Positions 9,233-18,120 of a stretch of DNA of 64,000 nucleotides are shown in pieces. The position numbers and the translations under genes were made by a program. The DNA comes from Candidatus Fermentibacterota bacterium. GTDB lineage: Bacteria; Fermentibacterota; Fermentibacteria; Fermentibacterales; JCC-6. A model generated the notes under the pieces. That model saw nothing but the letters and a program-made list of their open reading frames with translations. It did not search any database and had not been told where the DNA came from. Position 1 is the stretch's first letter. Each line of letters begins with the position of its first letter. The DNA is taken from contig CAWJQI010000004.1 in the NCBI GenBank assembly GCA_963845085.1, positions 352,001-416,000 of the forward strand. Direction: 5' to 3'.

Positions 9233-10040
9233 ACCTGACCCCCGCCTGATGGGTGGGGCTCAGCCGGGAATGGGTTTCGACGGCGTAGGAGAAAACAACA
9301 CCGGACACCTCGGCACTGAAGCCTCCGGAAACCGCTGCGGGCCCGCTTCTGGCTCCGGCGAACAGAGTGAGCGGACCAAGCGGCAGGGCCTGCCCCACAC
9401 GAAGCACGGTGCTTTCGAAATCGCGCGACAGCGCGAGGGCGCTTGCCATGCCGGGCAGGGGTTCGTACCTCACACCCAGGTCCATCCGGTTCCCGAGGTG
9501 CTCGCCGCCCTGCCCGATCCTCGCCTCGAAAGGGTTCCGCAGACATGCGCCAACGCTCCACCTGTCGAATACCCTTGCCTGAAGGCCCGCCGTCATGTCC
9601 ATTGTCCATGCGCTTCCATAACTGCCGACGCCGTCGGAGATCGACACCCTTCCCAGAACAGGCTGAAACCCGACGGCAAAGTCCTCCGACAACAGAAACG
9701 AGGCCGTGACGTGTACAAGCTGTTCCGAATAAAGCTCTCCCCCGAACCATCTCATCCCGCCGCCAAGGGTCCAGCCCCCGGGGAGTGGATGGGCAAGATC
9801 AGCGCCGGCCGTTGCGAAATCGGTCAAACTGTATGGCAGCCTTGCTGCTGCTGACGCCGAAGCCCTCGTTTCGAAGGATATCGAGGCAGGGTTCCAGCAG
9901 ATCCCGGAAAGCCCGGGCATCACAACTCCGGTTCCTCCCATTGCCCTGCACTCGGTTCCCAGTTCAAGTTCTTCAAAGGCTGCCGCGGCCACCCCTGCCA
10001 AAAGCAGAACGATGATCGAATGAAACACAAACGCTCTCAT
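9222..10040 (-). CDS. PorV/PorP-like outer-membrane beta-barrel
   Basis: Signal peptide; AFE...RAMGG...WNPA; C-terminal HSRLSPTHQAGVRYAF. Confidence 0.7.
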   Translation of the reverse strand: MRAFVFHSIIVLLLAGVAAAAFEELELGTECRAMGGTGVVMPGLSGICWNPASISFETRASASAAARLPYSLTDFATAGADLAHPLPGGWTLGGGMRWFGGELYSEQLVHVTASFLLSEDFAVGFQPVLGRVSISDGVGSYGSAWTMDMTAGLQARVFDRWSVGACLRNPFEARIGQGGEHLGNRMDLGVRYEPLPGMASALALSRDFESTVLRVGQALPLGPLTLFAGARSGPAAVSGGFSAEVSGVVFSYAVETHSRLSPTHQAGVRYAF

Positions 10041-10049
10041 GTCGTCCCC

Positions 10050-11057
10050 TTACCGAAGCGGGGAGGCCACTACGACTGTCTCCGTCGTTGTGAGCCTTTC
10101 CCCGGCGGGGGTGGTTCCTTCAAGGAGCAGAACGTACTGCCCCATCGGCAGAATTTCGTACGAGTCGCCCCGGCCGTCCCAGACTGTCACGTCACCGGCT
10201 GGCATGTTCTCGGCGAGTCGTGCGACCGCCCTGCCGCACCTGTCAAAAACGGTCAGGTCGAGAAGGGTGCCGGAAGGCCCTCCGTACGTGATCGAAACAA
10301 CCTCGCCGAGTGAAGGTGCGAACGGATTGCCCTGCACATCGAGGTGAAACGTTGCCGGGATCGAGGGGTCGTACACCTCAAGGTCCTGCTGGTAGCGCGG
10401 AAGCAGCTGGTAACCGGTCGAATACGGGGGCTCGGACGAGTACTGGCCCGAGATCCCGGTCATGACCAGCCTTGTTCCGGGGGAGATGCCCGAAACGTCG
10501 ATCCCCGTGGTCTCATTCACCCTGACAGCGATGAGCGCGTTTCCGTTCCAGGCGCTGAAATTCCAGCCGCCGCCCGACATGGAGGGGGTGTCGATCACCG
10601 TCGCCCAGTGTTCACCTGCAATGTCGCCGACGACGACAAGCATCCCCTCCAACGCCTCACCGATGTTCCTGTGCCTTGATAGGTACAGTGGTTCGGGCGC
10701 ACCGGGGCTTCCGATCAGCTCGAAGTCGGACGGGTCTCCCGGCGAGATCTCGGTCAGGCCGTTATAGAACATTATCTCGCCGGTGATCCGGTACTCGTCA
10801 CCCGCGTTGATCTCACCAGGCGAGGCCTGGCTGTAGGCGTACACGTTTATGCCTGCCGTGTCATCCTGAACGAAAAAGCTGAGCCCCGTTGTCGAGAAAA
10901 GCATGCCCTCGCAAGTGGCAACGGCCTGGATCGTGACGGTCTGTCCCAGAAGGTCGGGTATTCCGTTCCCGTCCGAATCCGCCCTGGCGTCGGCCACGGT
11001 CAAAACCTGTGCCCACAACCGGCAGGCCACCACCGCGGGAACCAGGAATCGTTTCAT
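10050..11057 (-). CDS. Secreted tandem OB-fold protein with FlgD-Ig/T9SS-like C-terminal sorting domain
   Basis: GQTVTIQAVAT...FFVQDDTAGINVY and GISGQY...YQLLPR OB-fold patterns; CTD GNPFAP...VFDRCGRAV...WDGR...GQYVL. Confidence 0.65.
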   Translation of the reverse strand: MKRFLVPAVVACRLWAQVLTVADARADSDGNGIPDLLGQTVTIQAVATCEGMLFSTTGLSFFVQDDTAGINVYAYSQASPGEINAGDEYRITGEIMFYNGLTEISPGDPSDFELIGSPGAPEPLYLSRHRNIGEALEGMLVVVGDIAGEHWATVIDTPSMSGGGWNFSAWNGNALIAVRVNETTGIDVSGISPGTRLVMTGISGQYSSEPPYSTGYQLLPRYQQDLEVYDPSIPATFHLDVQGNPFAPSLGEVVSITYGGPSGTLLDLTVFDRCGRAVARLAENMPAGDVTVWDGRGDSYEILPMGQYVLLLEGTTPAGERLTTTETVVVASPLR

Positions 11058-11067
11058 TCAAACCCCC

Positions 11068-12453
11068 TCAGCGTTCATTTTCGAGCCGGATCTCGGCATC
11101 GGTGAGGGACGCAGCCCTGTCCAACGCCTCCTCCGGCTCCATCCTTCCGTAAAGCACGATCTCGAGAGCTTCCGACAGGAACTCCCTGCCATCGTACCAG
11201 GCGATGGTCTGGGGTTCGTACAGCGCTGTCTCCACCTGTGCTACCACAGCGTAAAGGCCCGGGTACTCGATGAACTTCTCCTGCATGAGGGGATGATCGA
11301 GGCTTGACCTCCTTGCGGGAAGATAGCCGCTTCCGGCTGACCACCGTGCCTGCTGCACGGGCTCGGTAAACCATCGGATGAATTCCCAGCCGGCCTCCAC
11401 GACGCGCGGGTCCTCATTGCGGAAAAGCACCACATTGGTTCCCGCGATGTAGACCCTTCGATAATCATCACCCGGCAGGGGCGCAACGCCCACCGTGAAT
11501 ACGGGTTCTCCGGCCGCCCTTCTCCGCTCCATCTCCTGCTCCATGAAGGCCAGGCTTGTGACCGATCCCTGGACCTGCCCGAGCCCGCCTTCGAGAAAGT
11601 TCCTCTGGTGGTCGAAGCCCGACGAAAGGTAAGCGGTTCCATCGACATGAATGAGGCATGCCAGGTACTCGAGCGCCTCAACGCCCTCGGGTCCGTTGAA
11701 TGCAGCCCTTGTGCCGGAATCGCCAAGCAGGGCGCCTCCGGCCTGGGCGAGGAGGCATTCGAAGGTCCAGACGCTCGGGCTGAAGGCCGTACCCCATCTG
11801 TCGCCGGCGTCAAGCAGGTCGCCGTCGCCGTTGGCATCAAGGCAGAGCGCCCTCAGAAGCTGTCTCTGTTCATCCCATGTGGCCGCCGGAACAAGCCCGA
11901 GCCTGCGGTACAGGTCTGCATCGTAGTAGACCAGCGGAACGCTCTTGTTGAATGGAAAGCTGTAGATGCGCCCGTCATAGGTGTTGTTGTCCCTGAAGAC
12001 CGGGAAGAAATCGTTCCAGTCATCCCGGCTGTAGAGGGTGTCGGCTTCCATCAATGAGTCAAGCGGGACCACAACTCCTCCGCGGATGAGCTGCGCTGTC
12101 CAGGTTTCGTAGGCCTGTGCGATGACGGGAGGTGAGCCTGCCATGACCGAAGCCATGATCTTCTGGCTGAGGGCGCGGTAGTTGCCCATGTTGACGGGGA
12201 TCACCCGGATCTCCGGATGAGTGCTGTTGAAATCGGCGATCAGGGAATCCTCAAGCACATCGCCGAGCGGCCCGCCCATGGCGTGCCAGAAAACAACTTC
12301 GACCGGCCCGTCCGCGCCGCCACGACCACCGCAGCCGCACAGCAGGCAGGCGAAGGCCATATAAAGCGTCCTGGCTCTCAGCGGAACCTCCATCTCCGGG
12401 AAAAGCGATGCGGTAAGATGCAGCACCGCCGGATTCGGGACAAGAAGCGGCAT
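11068..12453 (-). CDS. ABC transporter solute-binding lipoprotein (UgpB/family 1-like)
   Basis: Lipobox-like LLCGC; FWHAMGG, PFNKS, GTNVVLF, SGYLP; start may be 12393. Confidence 0.85.
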   Translation of the reverse strand: MPLLVPNPAVLHLTASLFPEMEVPLRARTLYMAFACLLCGCGGRGGADGPVEVVFWHAMGGPLGDVLEDSLIADFNSTHPEIRVIPVNMGNYRALSQKIMASVMAGSPPVIAQAYETWTAQLIRGGVVVPLDSLMEADTLYSRDDWNDFFPVFRDNNTYDGRIYSFPFNKSVPLVYYDADLYRRLGLVPAATWDEQRQLLRALCLDANGDGDLLDAGDRWGTAFSPSVWTFECLLAQAGGALLGDSGTRAAFNGPEGVEALEYLACLIHVDGTAYLSSGFDHQRNFLEGGLGQVQGSVTSLAFMEQEMERRRAAGEPVFTVGVAPLPGDDYRRVYIAGTNVVLFRNEDPRVVEAGWEFIRWFTEPVQQARWSAGSGYLPARRSSLDHPLMQEKFIEYPGLYAVVAQVETALYEPQTIAWYDGREFLSEALEIVLYGRMEPEEALDRAASLTDAEIRLENER

Positions 12454-12457
12454 GCCC

Positions 12458-12486
12458 TTTTCAAGGTGATTGGACGCGGTTATAAT
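12458..12486 (+). promoter_or_regulatory. Putative sigma70 promoter in the divergent intergenic region
   Basis: Perfect TATAAT at 12481-12486 in an AT-rich patch, weak -35 (TTTCAA/TTCAAG) upstream. Confidence 0.45.
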
Positions 12487-12539
12487 AAAAACTCATTTTT
12501 GTATGGGTTTGATGGCCGAGCGCCTTTGGGGGGGATTGC

Positions 12540-13025
12540 GTGAAACCGGCTTATGCCTTGTCCTGCCTTCTCCTTGCTGCCTGTAACGGCCCAGGCGACC
12601 CGGCCGATGCACTTGACGCCTTCTTCGACGCGGCGAAGGAAGGGAAGGGTGAACTCGCTGTTTCGTACCTTTCGGGCGAGGCAATCGACTCCCTTGGTGC
12701 GGGATTGAACCTTGCGGAGATGAGGGGCAACCCTGAACGCGCCTCCTCAATGCTGGCGTCGTATGGAATTGCCATTTCTGAGGCCGAGTTGGACACGATC
12801 ACGACGGGGCCTCTGCTGGAACGGCTTGTTGAATCGCCTCTTTTCGAAGGCTTGATGGAGGATGCGTTACTTGAGACCGAAGGTGTTTCCATTGAAGGCC
12901 GGAGGGCAATTGTGAACGCCACCGTTGTCTTTCTTGGAGATACCACGACGGGTGCTGTGGAAATGGTGCTTGAGAACAACCAGTGGAAGATCGGCAGCGA
13001 AGGTTTGCGCTTCGCGCTTTTGTGA
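12540..13025 (+). CDS. DUF4878/NTF2-like lipoprotein
   Basis: Lipobox LAAC; P...FFDAAKEG; C-terminal MVLENNQWKI. Confidence 0.7.
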   Translation: MKPAYALSCLLLAACNGPGDPADALDAFFDAAKEGKGELAVSYLSGEAIDSLGAGLNLAEMRGNPERASSMLASYGIAISEAELDTITTGPLLERLVESPLFEGLMEDALLETEGVSIEGRRAIVNATVVFLGDTTTGAVEMVLENNQWKIGSEGLRFALL

Positions 13026-13051
13026 ACCCCAAAACGAACAGGAGAAAGACG

Positions 13052-13516
13052 ATGAAGAAGCTTCTCATTATCACGGCCATCGTGGCCATGATCGCTGGCT
13101 GCGGAGCCGCCATGGGTCCCAAGGCCACCGTTGAGAAGGCGTTCAATGCCCTTAAGACCGGCGACGGAAAGGCCCTCATCGAGTGCATGTCCGCAGAGCA
13201 GATCGCCGAACTGAACACCTCTATCGAGGAAATGAAGGCCAACCCCGAGGAATCCGCCCAGATGATGGCTTTCATCGGTGTCGAGGTTACCGCCGAAGAG
13301 ATCACCGCCCTTGATGCAGCCGGCTTCGTCACCCTCCTTCTTCAGTCGGAGATGTTCGGCGCCGAGTTCGCCGAGATGGAGATCACCTTCGGTGCCGAGA
13401 GGATCGAAGGCGAGCAGGCCTGGGTCGAGGTTACGACCGATGGCGAGACCGAGGAAGTAATGCTTGTGAAGGAAGACGGCCGCTGGGTCATCTCCGAAGG
13501 CTTCGACATGATGTAG
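13052..13516 (+). CDS. DUF4878/NTF2-like lipoprotein (paralog of the upstream gene)
   Basis: Lipobox IAGC; PKATVEKAFNALKTGD; LVKEDGRWVI; AGGAG SD. Confidence 0.75.
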   Translation: MKKLLIITAIVAMIAGCGAAMGPKATVEKAFNALKTGDGKALIECMSAEQIAELNTSIEEMKANPEESAQMMAFIGVEVTAEEITALDAAGFVTLLLQSEMFGAEFAEMEITFGAERIEGEQAWVEVTTDGETEEVMLVKEDGRWVISEGFDMM

Positions 13517-13536
13517 AACCGACTTTGTCGGTTCCT

Positions 13537-13565
13537 GGGGGCGGGTTCACCCGCCCCCTTTTTTT
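13537..13565 (+). terminator. Rho-independent terminator
   Basis: GGGGGCGGG-TTCA-CCCGCCCCC stem followed by T7. Confidence 0.9.
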
Positions 13566-13603
13566 GTGATCACCGGATTGTACTGCCCCCGGGGGGGGCA
13601 GGA

Positions 13604-13855
13604 TCAGTCGCTCTTCTTGTGGCAGCCTTCGCAGCAGCCTGAGGACTTTCCAGTTTCAATGGGACAGGAGGACTTTTTCTTGTAATCGGTCTCGTAGAAA
13701 CCGCTACCCTTGAATATCAGTCCGGCGCCCGTTCCAATGAGCCTTCTGACAGGCCCTCCGCAGACCGGGCACTCACTGTCTGCAGTGTCGCTCATCTGCT
13801 GGAACTTCTCGTACCGGTGATGACACTTCTCACACACGTAATCGTAATGAGGCAT
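13604..13855 (-). CDS. FmdB-family zinc-ribbon protein
   Basis: MPHYDYVCEKC...CPVCGG...FKGSGFYETDY. Confidence 0.9.
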   Translation of the reverse strand: MPHYDYVCEKCHHRYEKFQQMSDTADSECPVCGGPVRRLIGTGAGLIFKGSGFYETDYKKKSSCPIETGKSSGCCEGCHKKSD

Positions 13856-13963
13856 GTCTTCGCTCCGCTCCTACAGTTACTCCTGGTTTTTGAGGCACCG
13901 GTAATATACGAAACCGGAGGAAGGAATCCCCTGTCACACCCGGAAAGCGCGCATGGGCGGGCG

Positions 13964-14947
13964 TCAGCTCGAGGTGATGTCCTTCTTGAGACCGCCGCCC
14001 CCCGCGATGAGGCCGGCGACGATCACGGGAAGGAACTGGGTCGCGTGGAAGAGAATGGCCATCGCCTTGGCGCTGGCCTCGGGAATGCCTGTGACCACGG
14101 GAAAGACAACCCCGAGCAGATAATGGATGGTTCCCGTTCCGGCAGGTGTGGGAATGAGCATGCCAAGACCGGAAAGGATCAGCACCAGGGGCGCGGTGTT
14201 CCACTGAAAAGCCATTCCAAGGCTCCAGAAAACCGGAATTACCGAGATGGTCAGGCAGCCCCACACACCGGCGGAACACGCCACGGCCTTCAGCAGGTCC
14301 CGCGGGCTTTTCAAAACATCCAGGCCGGCCGCAAAACTCAGGAGCAACCGTTCCACCTTGTCCGCCGCTCCTGAAAAGCCGAGGAAACGAACAGGTTTGA
14401 CGAGGATCGCTGCGGTTTTGTCATGCCAGGCCCTCAAAGCTGCGAGAACGAGGAGCACGGCCAGGTAACCGACCCCGGCCATGATGAGGCCCGACCTGAT
14501 CGGCCCTGTGAGGTTCCCCCACATGGAAAGCATGACAAGCAGCGTCATGAAGGTCAGGGAAAGACCGTCAAAAAGCCTTGCCACAACAACCGTTGCAAAT
14601 GCCGAGGAAAACGGGACGGTGGTCTTTCGTGAGAGGAGGACCGCCCTGATCACCTCTCCCACCCTTCCGGGAAGGATGGCATTCAGCATGAAGGCCACCA
14701 GAACGGGGGGGGTGAGAATCCTGTAAGGGATCTTTTCCATGTGCCCCAGCAGCACTCTCCAACGAAGTATCCGGAACATGTAGCTGGCGGCAAGAAGGGG
14801 AAGCACAAGGAGAAGGGGGGCGAGCGATGCCGCTGAGACAACTTCGGCGAGCTCGGTCCAGGCGGTTTTCCTGAAGGCAAGCCAGAGGGTGGCCAGAGCA
14901 ATGACAAGCCCGACTGCGGTCCTCAGGATTACGTCACTCCTCCGCAA
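13964..14947 (-). CDS. Lysylphosphatidylglycerol synthase TM-domain (UPF0104) flippase-like protein
   Basis: RILRWRVLL, NAILPGRVGEVIR, ARLFD, IPTPAGTG; start uncertain (TTG 14947). Confidence 0.8.
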   Translation of the reverse strand: MRRSDVILRTAVGLVIALATLWLAFRKTAWTELAEVVSAASLAPLLLVLPLLAASYMFRILRWRVLLGHMEKIPYRILTPPVLVAFMLNAILPGRVGEVIRAVLLSRKTTVPFSSAFATVVVARLFDGLSLTFMTLLVMLSMWGNLTGPIRSGLIMAGVGYLAVLLVLAALRAWHDKTAAILVKPVRFLGFSGAADKVERLLLSFAAGLDVLKSPRDLLKAVACSAGVWGCLTISVIPVFWSLGMAFQWNTAPLVLILSGLGMLIPTPAGTGTIHYLLGVVFPVVTGIPEASAKAMAILFHATQFLPVIVAGLIAGGGGLKKDITSS

Positions 14948-15494
14948 GTGCCGACTCCAGTGCCTCGCAGAGCGCATGAAAGGCCACGAGCATGGCCTCC
15001 TGGGCATGACTGGTGACAGCGGACGGAGCCCGCCAGTGAAGGTCGGCCCAGGGAGCCTCCCTTCCGCCGGCCGTGAAGGCAACAACCTTCACTCCCCTGC
15101 GCCCGGCCTCCTCCGCGGCTGCCACCACGTTGGGGGAACAACCGCTTGTCGTTATGGCCACAAGCACGTCCCCCTCCCTCGCGAGGGCTTCCACCTGTCT
15201 GGAGAAAACCATTCCGAACCCGAAGTCGTTGGCCACCGCAGTGATCACCGCAGGGTCAACGGTCAGGGCGATGGCAGGAAGCGCCCGTCTGTCGCGGCGG
15301 AACCTTCCGATAAGCTCGCCTGCGAAATGGGATGCATCAGCCGCGCTTCCCCCGTTGCCGCAGACAAGTATCCGCCCGCCGCCCGCAATGGAAGCGGACA
15401 TGCAGCAGCAGATCTTCTCAAGGGTTTCCAGATCGAACATCTCAAGATTCCTTGAGGCTTCCTCGATGTACCTTCTCATTTGATTCGCATCCAT
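14934..15494 (-). CDS. gmhA: Phosphoheptose isomerase (SIS domain)
   Basis: CGNGGSAADASHFAGEL, NDFGF..VFSRQV, TTSG, QE. Confidence 0.9.
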   Translation of the reverse strand: MDANQMRRYIEEASRNLEMFDLETLEKICCCMSASIAGGGRILVCGNGGSAADASHFAGELIGRFRRDRRALPAIALTVDPAVITAVANDFGFGMVFSRQVEALAREGDVLVAITTSGCSPNVVAAAEEAGRRGVKVVAFTAGGREAPWADLHWRAPSAVTSHAQEAMLVAFHALCEALESALAEE

Positions 15495-16270
15495 TCCTCG
15501 AATGCTTCCTCGAGGGGAGGAAGGTGAACCGAACGCTCCGTGCCCAGAGCGGAATAACGGGGCCGGGGGGCCGGCACACCGAGTTCCTTCCACGTAACCC
15601 CGAGGATCGCACCCTTGTTCAGCCGCGCCCTGATCATTCCCGCAAGTTCATACGGCGTGACGCTTCCGGAATTCACGCAGTGGAACACTCCGTTTCCGTC
15701 CGAATCAATTATCTCAACAACAGCGCGGACCAGGTGATCCGAAAGGGTCACGCAGGCGGTCTGATCCTTCACCGCGCGCAACGGAGATCCACTGAGAAGG
15801 CCCTTTCTGATCCAGGGAAGTATGCCCCTGTCACCGCTGCAAAGCCATGACGTTCTTATGACAGCGTTGCCCTCGAATGCAAGTGCGAAGGCTTCGCCAC
15901 TGAGCTTGCTCTCCCCGTAGGCATTCGCCGGGAACGGCTTCGCGCCTTCCGTAATGGGGTCGGTTCCCTCTGTGAAGACATGGTCCGTGGAGAAGGTCAG
16001 AAGCCTGATCCCGGTTTCCGCCAGGTTCCTGACACCATCGGCATGGACCTGAAAGGCCCGGTCAGGGTGGGTCTGGCAGTAATCCACATCAGTGAGGGCC
16101 GCCGTGTTGATGATCAGCCCCGGCTTCGTCCTGCGAACGGCCTCGGTCACAGAGAACCTGTCCGTTATATCGATCTCGGGAAGGTCCATTCCGCAAGCTC
16201 TTGCCCCAAAGTGCGCCATGAGGGCGGAGCCCAGCAATCCGCGGCAGCCCGTGACGAGTATCTCAGGCAC
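15476..16270 (-). CDS. rmlD: dTDP-4-dehydrorhamnose reductase
   Basis: VTGCRGLLG, AALTDVD, STDHVF, YGESK, APRPRYSAL. Confidence 0.85.
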   Translation of the reverse strand: MPEILVTGCRGLLGSALMAHFGARACGMDLPEIDITDRFSVTEAVRRTKPGLIINTAALTDVDYCQTHPDRAFQVHADGVRNLAETGIRLLTFSTDHVFTEGTDPITEGAKPFPANAYGESKLSGEAFALAFEGNAVIRTSWLCSGDRGILPWIRKGLLSGSPLRAVKDQTACVTLSDHLVRAVVEIIDSDGNGVFHCVNSGSVTPYELAGMIRARLNKGAILGVTWKELGVPAPRPRYSALGTERSVHLPPLEEAFEEWMRIK

Positions 16271-16988
16271 GGCCCGCCTCCCGCAGGGGCGGAAGCGCCC
16301 CGTCATCCAGTATCACGCGGGGATTGGAAACCGCAAGCACTTCCCAGCCTCCCGGGTGCAGATTCTCAACGAGAGCTCTCGCGCGCTCACCCAGCACCAT
16401 GTCATTCTCGCAGTGGCAGTCGCTGGTCACGAGATGGCACATGCCCGACTCGAGGATCCACTCCGCCTTCCGTCTGAAACGGGAGAACGACAGGGAACGA
16501 AGGCTCATGCTGACGCCGGAGCCAAGTCCTGCAAGGAACCTGATCCTTGCCGGAGTCGCCCATCTGTACCGCTCGGCATGGGCCAGAAGCGGTTTGTAGC
16601 CCTCCTTCAGGAGCCTGATGCACCTCTTCAGAACGCCGAACCAGAGCATGCCCTGAGAAAATTCCACCAGGACCCATCTGGTTCCCGGGTAGGCAACAAC
16701 TTCGTGAATCCTTGAGCGCCTCATCCCCATTTTGAGTTCGCCGGCGCAGATAACGGTCAACCTGTCGTCGGAAGCCCTTTCGGCAAAACTGCACGCTCTC
16801 GCGGACCTGGACCAGGCGGCAAATTCCGGCATGGCTGACGAGTAGTGTGGTGTAGCAGCGACAATGGAACCTTCAGGCATGTTCTGCCTCAGCTTCTCAA
16901 GAAGCCTGAGGGCGTCGGCCGGGGTCACGGGTCCGTCGTCGACACCCGGCACGATGTGGGTGTGAAGATCGCAGCAGGAGGCAGTCAC
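16263..16988 (-). CDS. CpsB/CapC-family PHP tyrosine phosphatase
   Basis: DLHTHIVPGVDDG, ATPHY, LAHAERY, TSDCH, SNP. Confidence 0.85.
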   Translation of the reverse strand: MTASCCDLHTHIVPGVDDGPVTPADALRLLEKLRQNMPEGSIVAATPHYSSAMPEFAAWSRSARACSFAERASDDRLTVICAGELKMGMRRSRIHEVVAYPGTRWVLVEFSQGMLWFGVLKRCIRLLKEGYKPLLAHAERYRWATPARIRFLAGLGSGVSMSLRSLSFSRFRRKAEWILESGMCHLVTSDCHCENDMVLGERARALVENLHPGGWEVLAVSNPRVILDDGALPPLREAGRA

Positions 16989-17506
16989 GCCGGCCTGCCT
17001 AAGGCGGACAGAAGACCCGTCCTGCCCTGGAAGCGCATCCCGCGGAGCTTCATGCCCGAGGCGGTGACGGCGGTCAGCGCCTCGCCTTCCATACCCTTGC
17101 GGAATGTAAGGACAAAAACGCCATCCGGCTTCAGCAGATGGGCGGCTGCGAAAACGAAGCTGTAAAGAAGAAGGGGATCGCCCCGCCTGGATGCCTCCCT
17201 GCGCGGGTCGGGGCTCGGTCTGCCCGTTCCTCTGGTAAAGTAGGGCGGATTTGCAGTGACGAGGTCTGCTATCCCGGAATGAAACAGCGACGGAACCCGC
17301 TCCACTTCTGCAAGCACTGGAAGCACGGCGTCCCTGGAGCGGCCAAGGGAGGAGTGGCAGGTATCCAGGCCGATCCAGAGATATGCCCCGTTGACTTCCG
17401 CCACCAGCCTTGCCACCTCACCCTCCCCGGTACCGAGGTCAAAAGCCAGCCCTCCGCTTCCGGAGGCGGCCTCTCCGGCCAGAAGCACAGAGTCGTGGGT
17501 GATCAC
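16985..17506 (-). CDS. SAM-dependent N6-adenine methyltransferase (tRNA1Val m6A37 YfiC/TrmN6-like)
   Basis: DSVLLA, DLGTGEG motif I, ANPPY motif IV. Confidence 0.75.
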   Translation of the reverse strand: MITHDSVLLAGEAASGSGGLAFDLGTGEGEVARLVAEVNGAYLWIGLDTCHSSLGRSRDAVLPVLAEVERVPSLFHSGIADLVTANPPYFTRGTGRPSPDPRREASRRGDPLLLYSFVFAAAHLLKPDGVFVLTFRKGMEGEALTAVTASGMKLRGMRFQGRTGLLSALGRPA

Positions 17507-18114
17507 CGGTAAAGGGCCTTGGCAACGCCCCAGGTGTAGTTTTCGCCGGTGTAGTAGGGAACCCTGTTGTCCTCCCATCGGCGGATGCTCCAAAGACCGA
17601 ACTCATCGGCAACCATGGTGATGACCGCCTGCCCCTTCGAGGGCCGGTCCCACCCGCAGCCAAGCGTTCCGGCAGCCACGATGTAGTAGTCGCGGTAAAT
17701 GGTTACGCTGTCGACGGGCACCGGCGGATCGGGGTGCTCGGGGTCCACCATGAGATACGCCAGTGAAAGGCTGTCCTCCGGGGCGCCGGAAGCCTCAGCC
17801 TGGTAAAGGATCGATGCAACGGTCTGTTCCTCAACGCTCTTCGACCAGTCCGAGAAATCGAGGTCCTGGAAGTCGGGGTCGGAGACATCGAGCGGATCTG
17901 CAAGGAACTCGAAATCCTCGTGGAAGCAGGCATTGTAGTAATTTATGGAAAGCCCGTTGAGAGAGTTCTGAAGGTTCGCAATGACGACGGTCGGATGGAC
18001 GGGGTCCTCCCACTGCACGTCGGGATCGGGATCGGGGTCTTCGGGATCCCTGGGCTCGAACACGCTGCACGAGACGAGGAGCAATGCGCAGAACTGAAGA
18101 AATGGTCTCATCAT
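17503..18114 (-). CDS. Acidic lipoprotein of unknown function
   Basis: Lipobox LVSC, FEPRDPEDP, WSIRRWED. Confidence 0.7.
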   Translation of the reverse strand: MMRPFLQFCALLLVSCSVFEPRDPEDPDPDPDVQWEDPVHPTVVIANLQNSLNGLSINYYNACFHEDFEFLADPLDVSDPDFQDLDFSDWSKSVEEQTVASILYQAEASGAPEDSLSLAYLMVDPEHPDPPVPVDSVTIYRDYYIVAAGTLGCGWDRPSKGQAVITMVADEFGLWSIRRWEDNRVPYYTGENYTWGVAKALYR

Positions 18115-18120
18115 ACGCTC

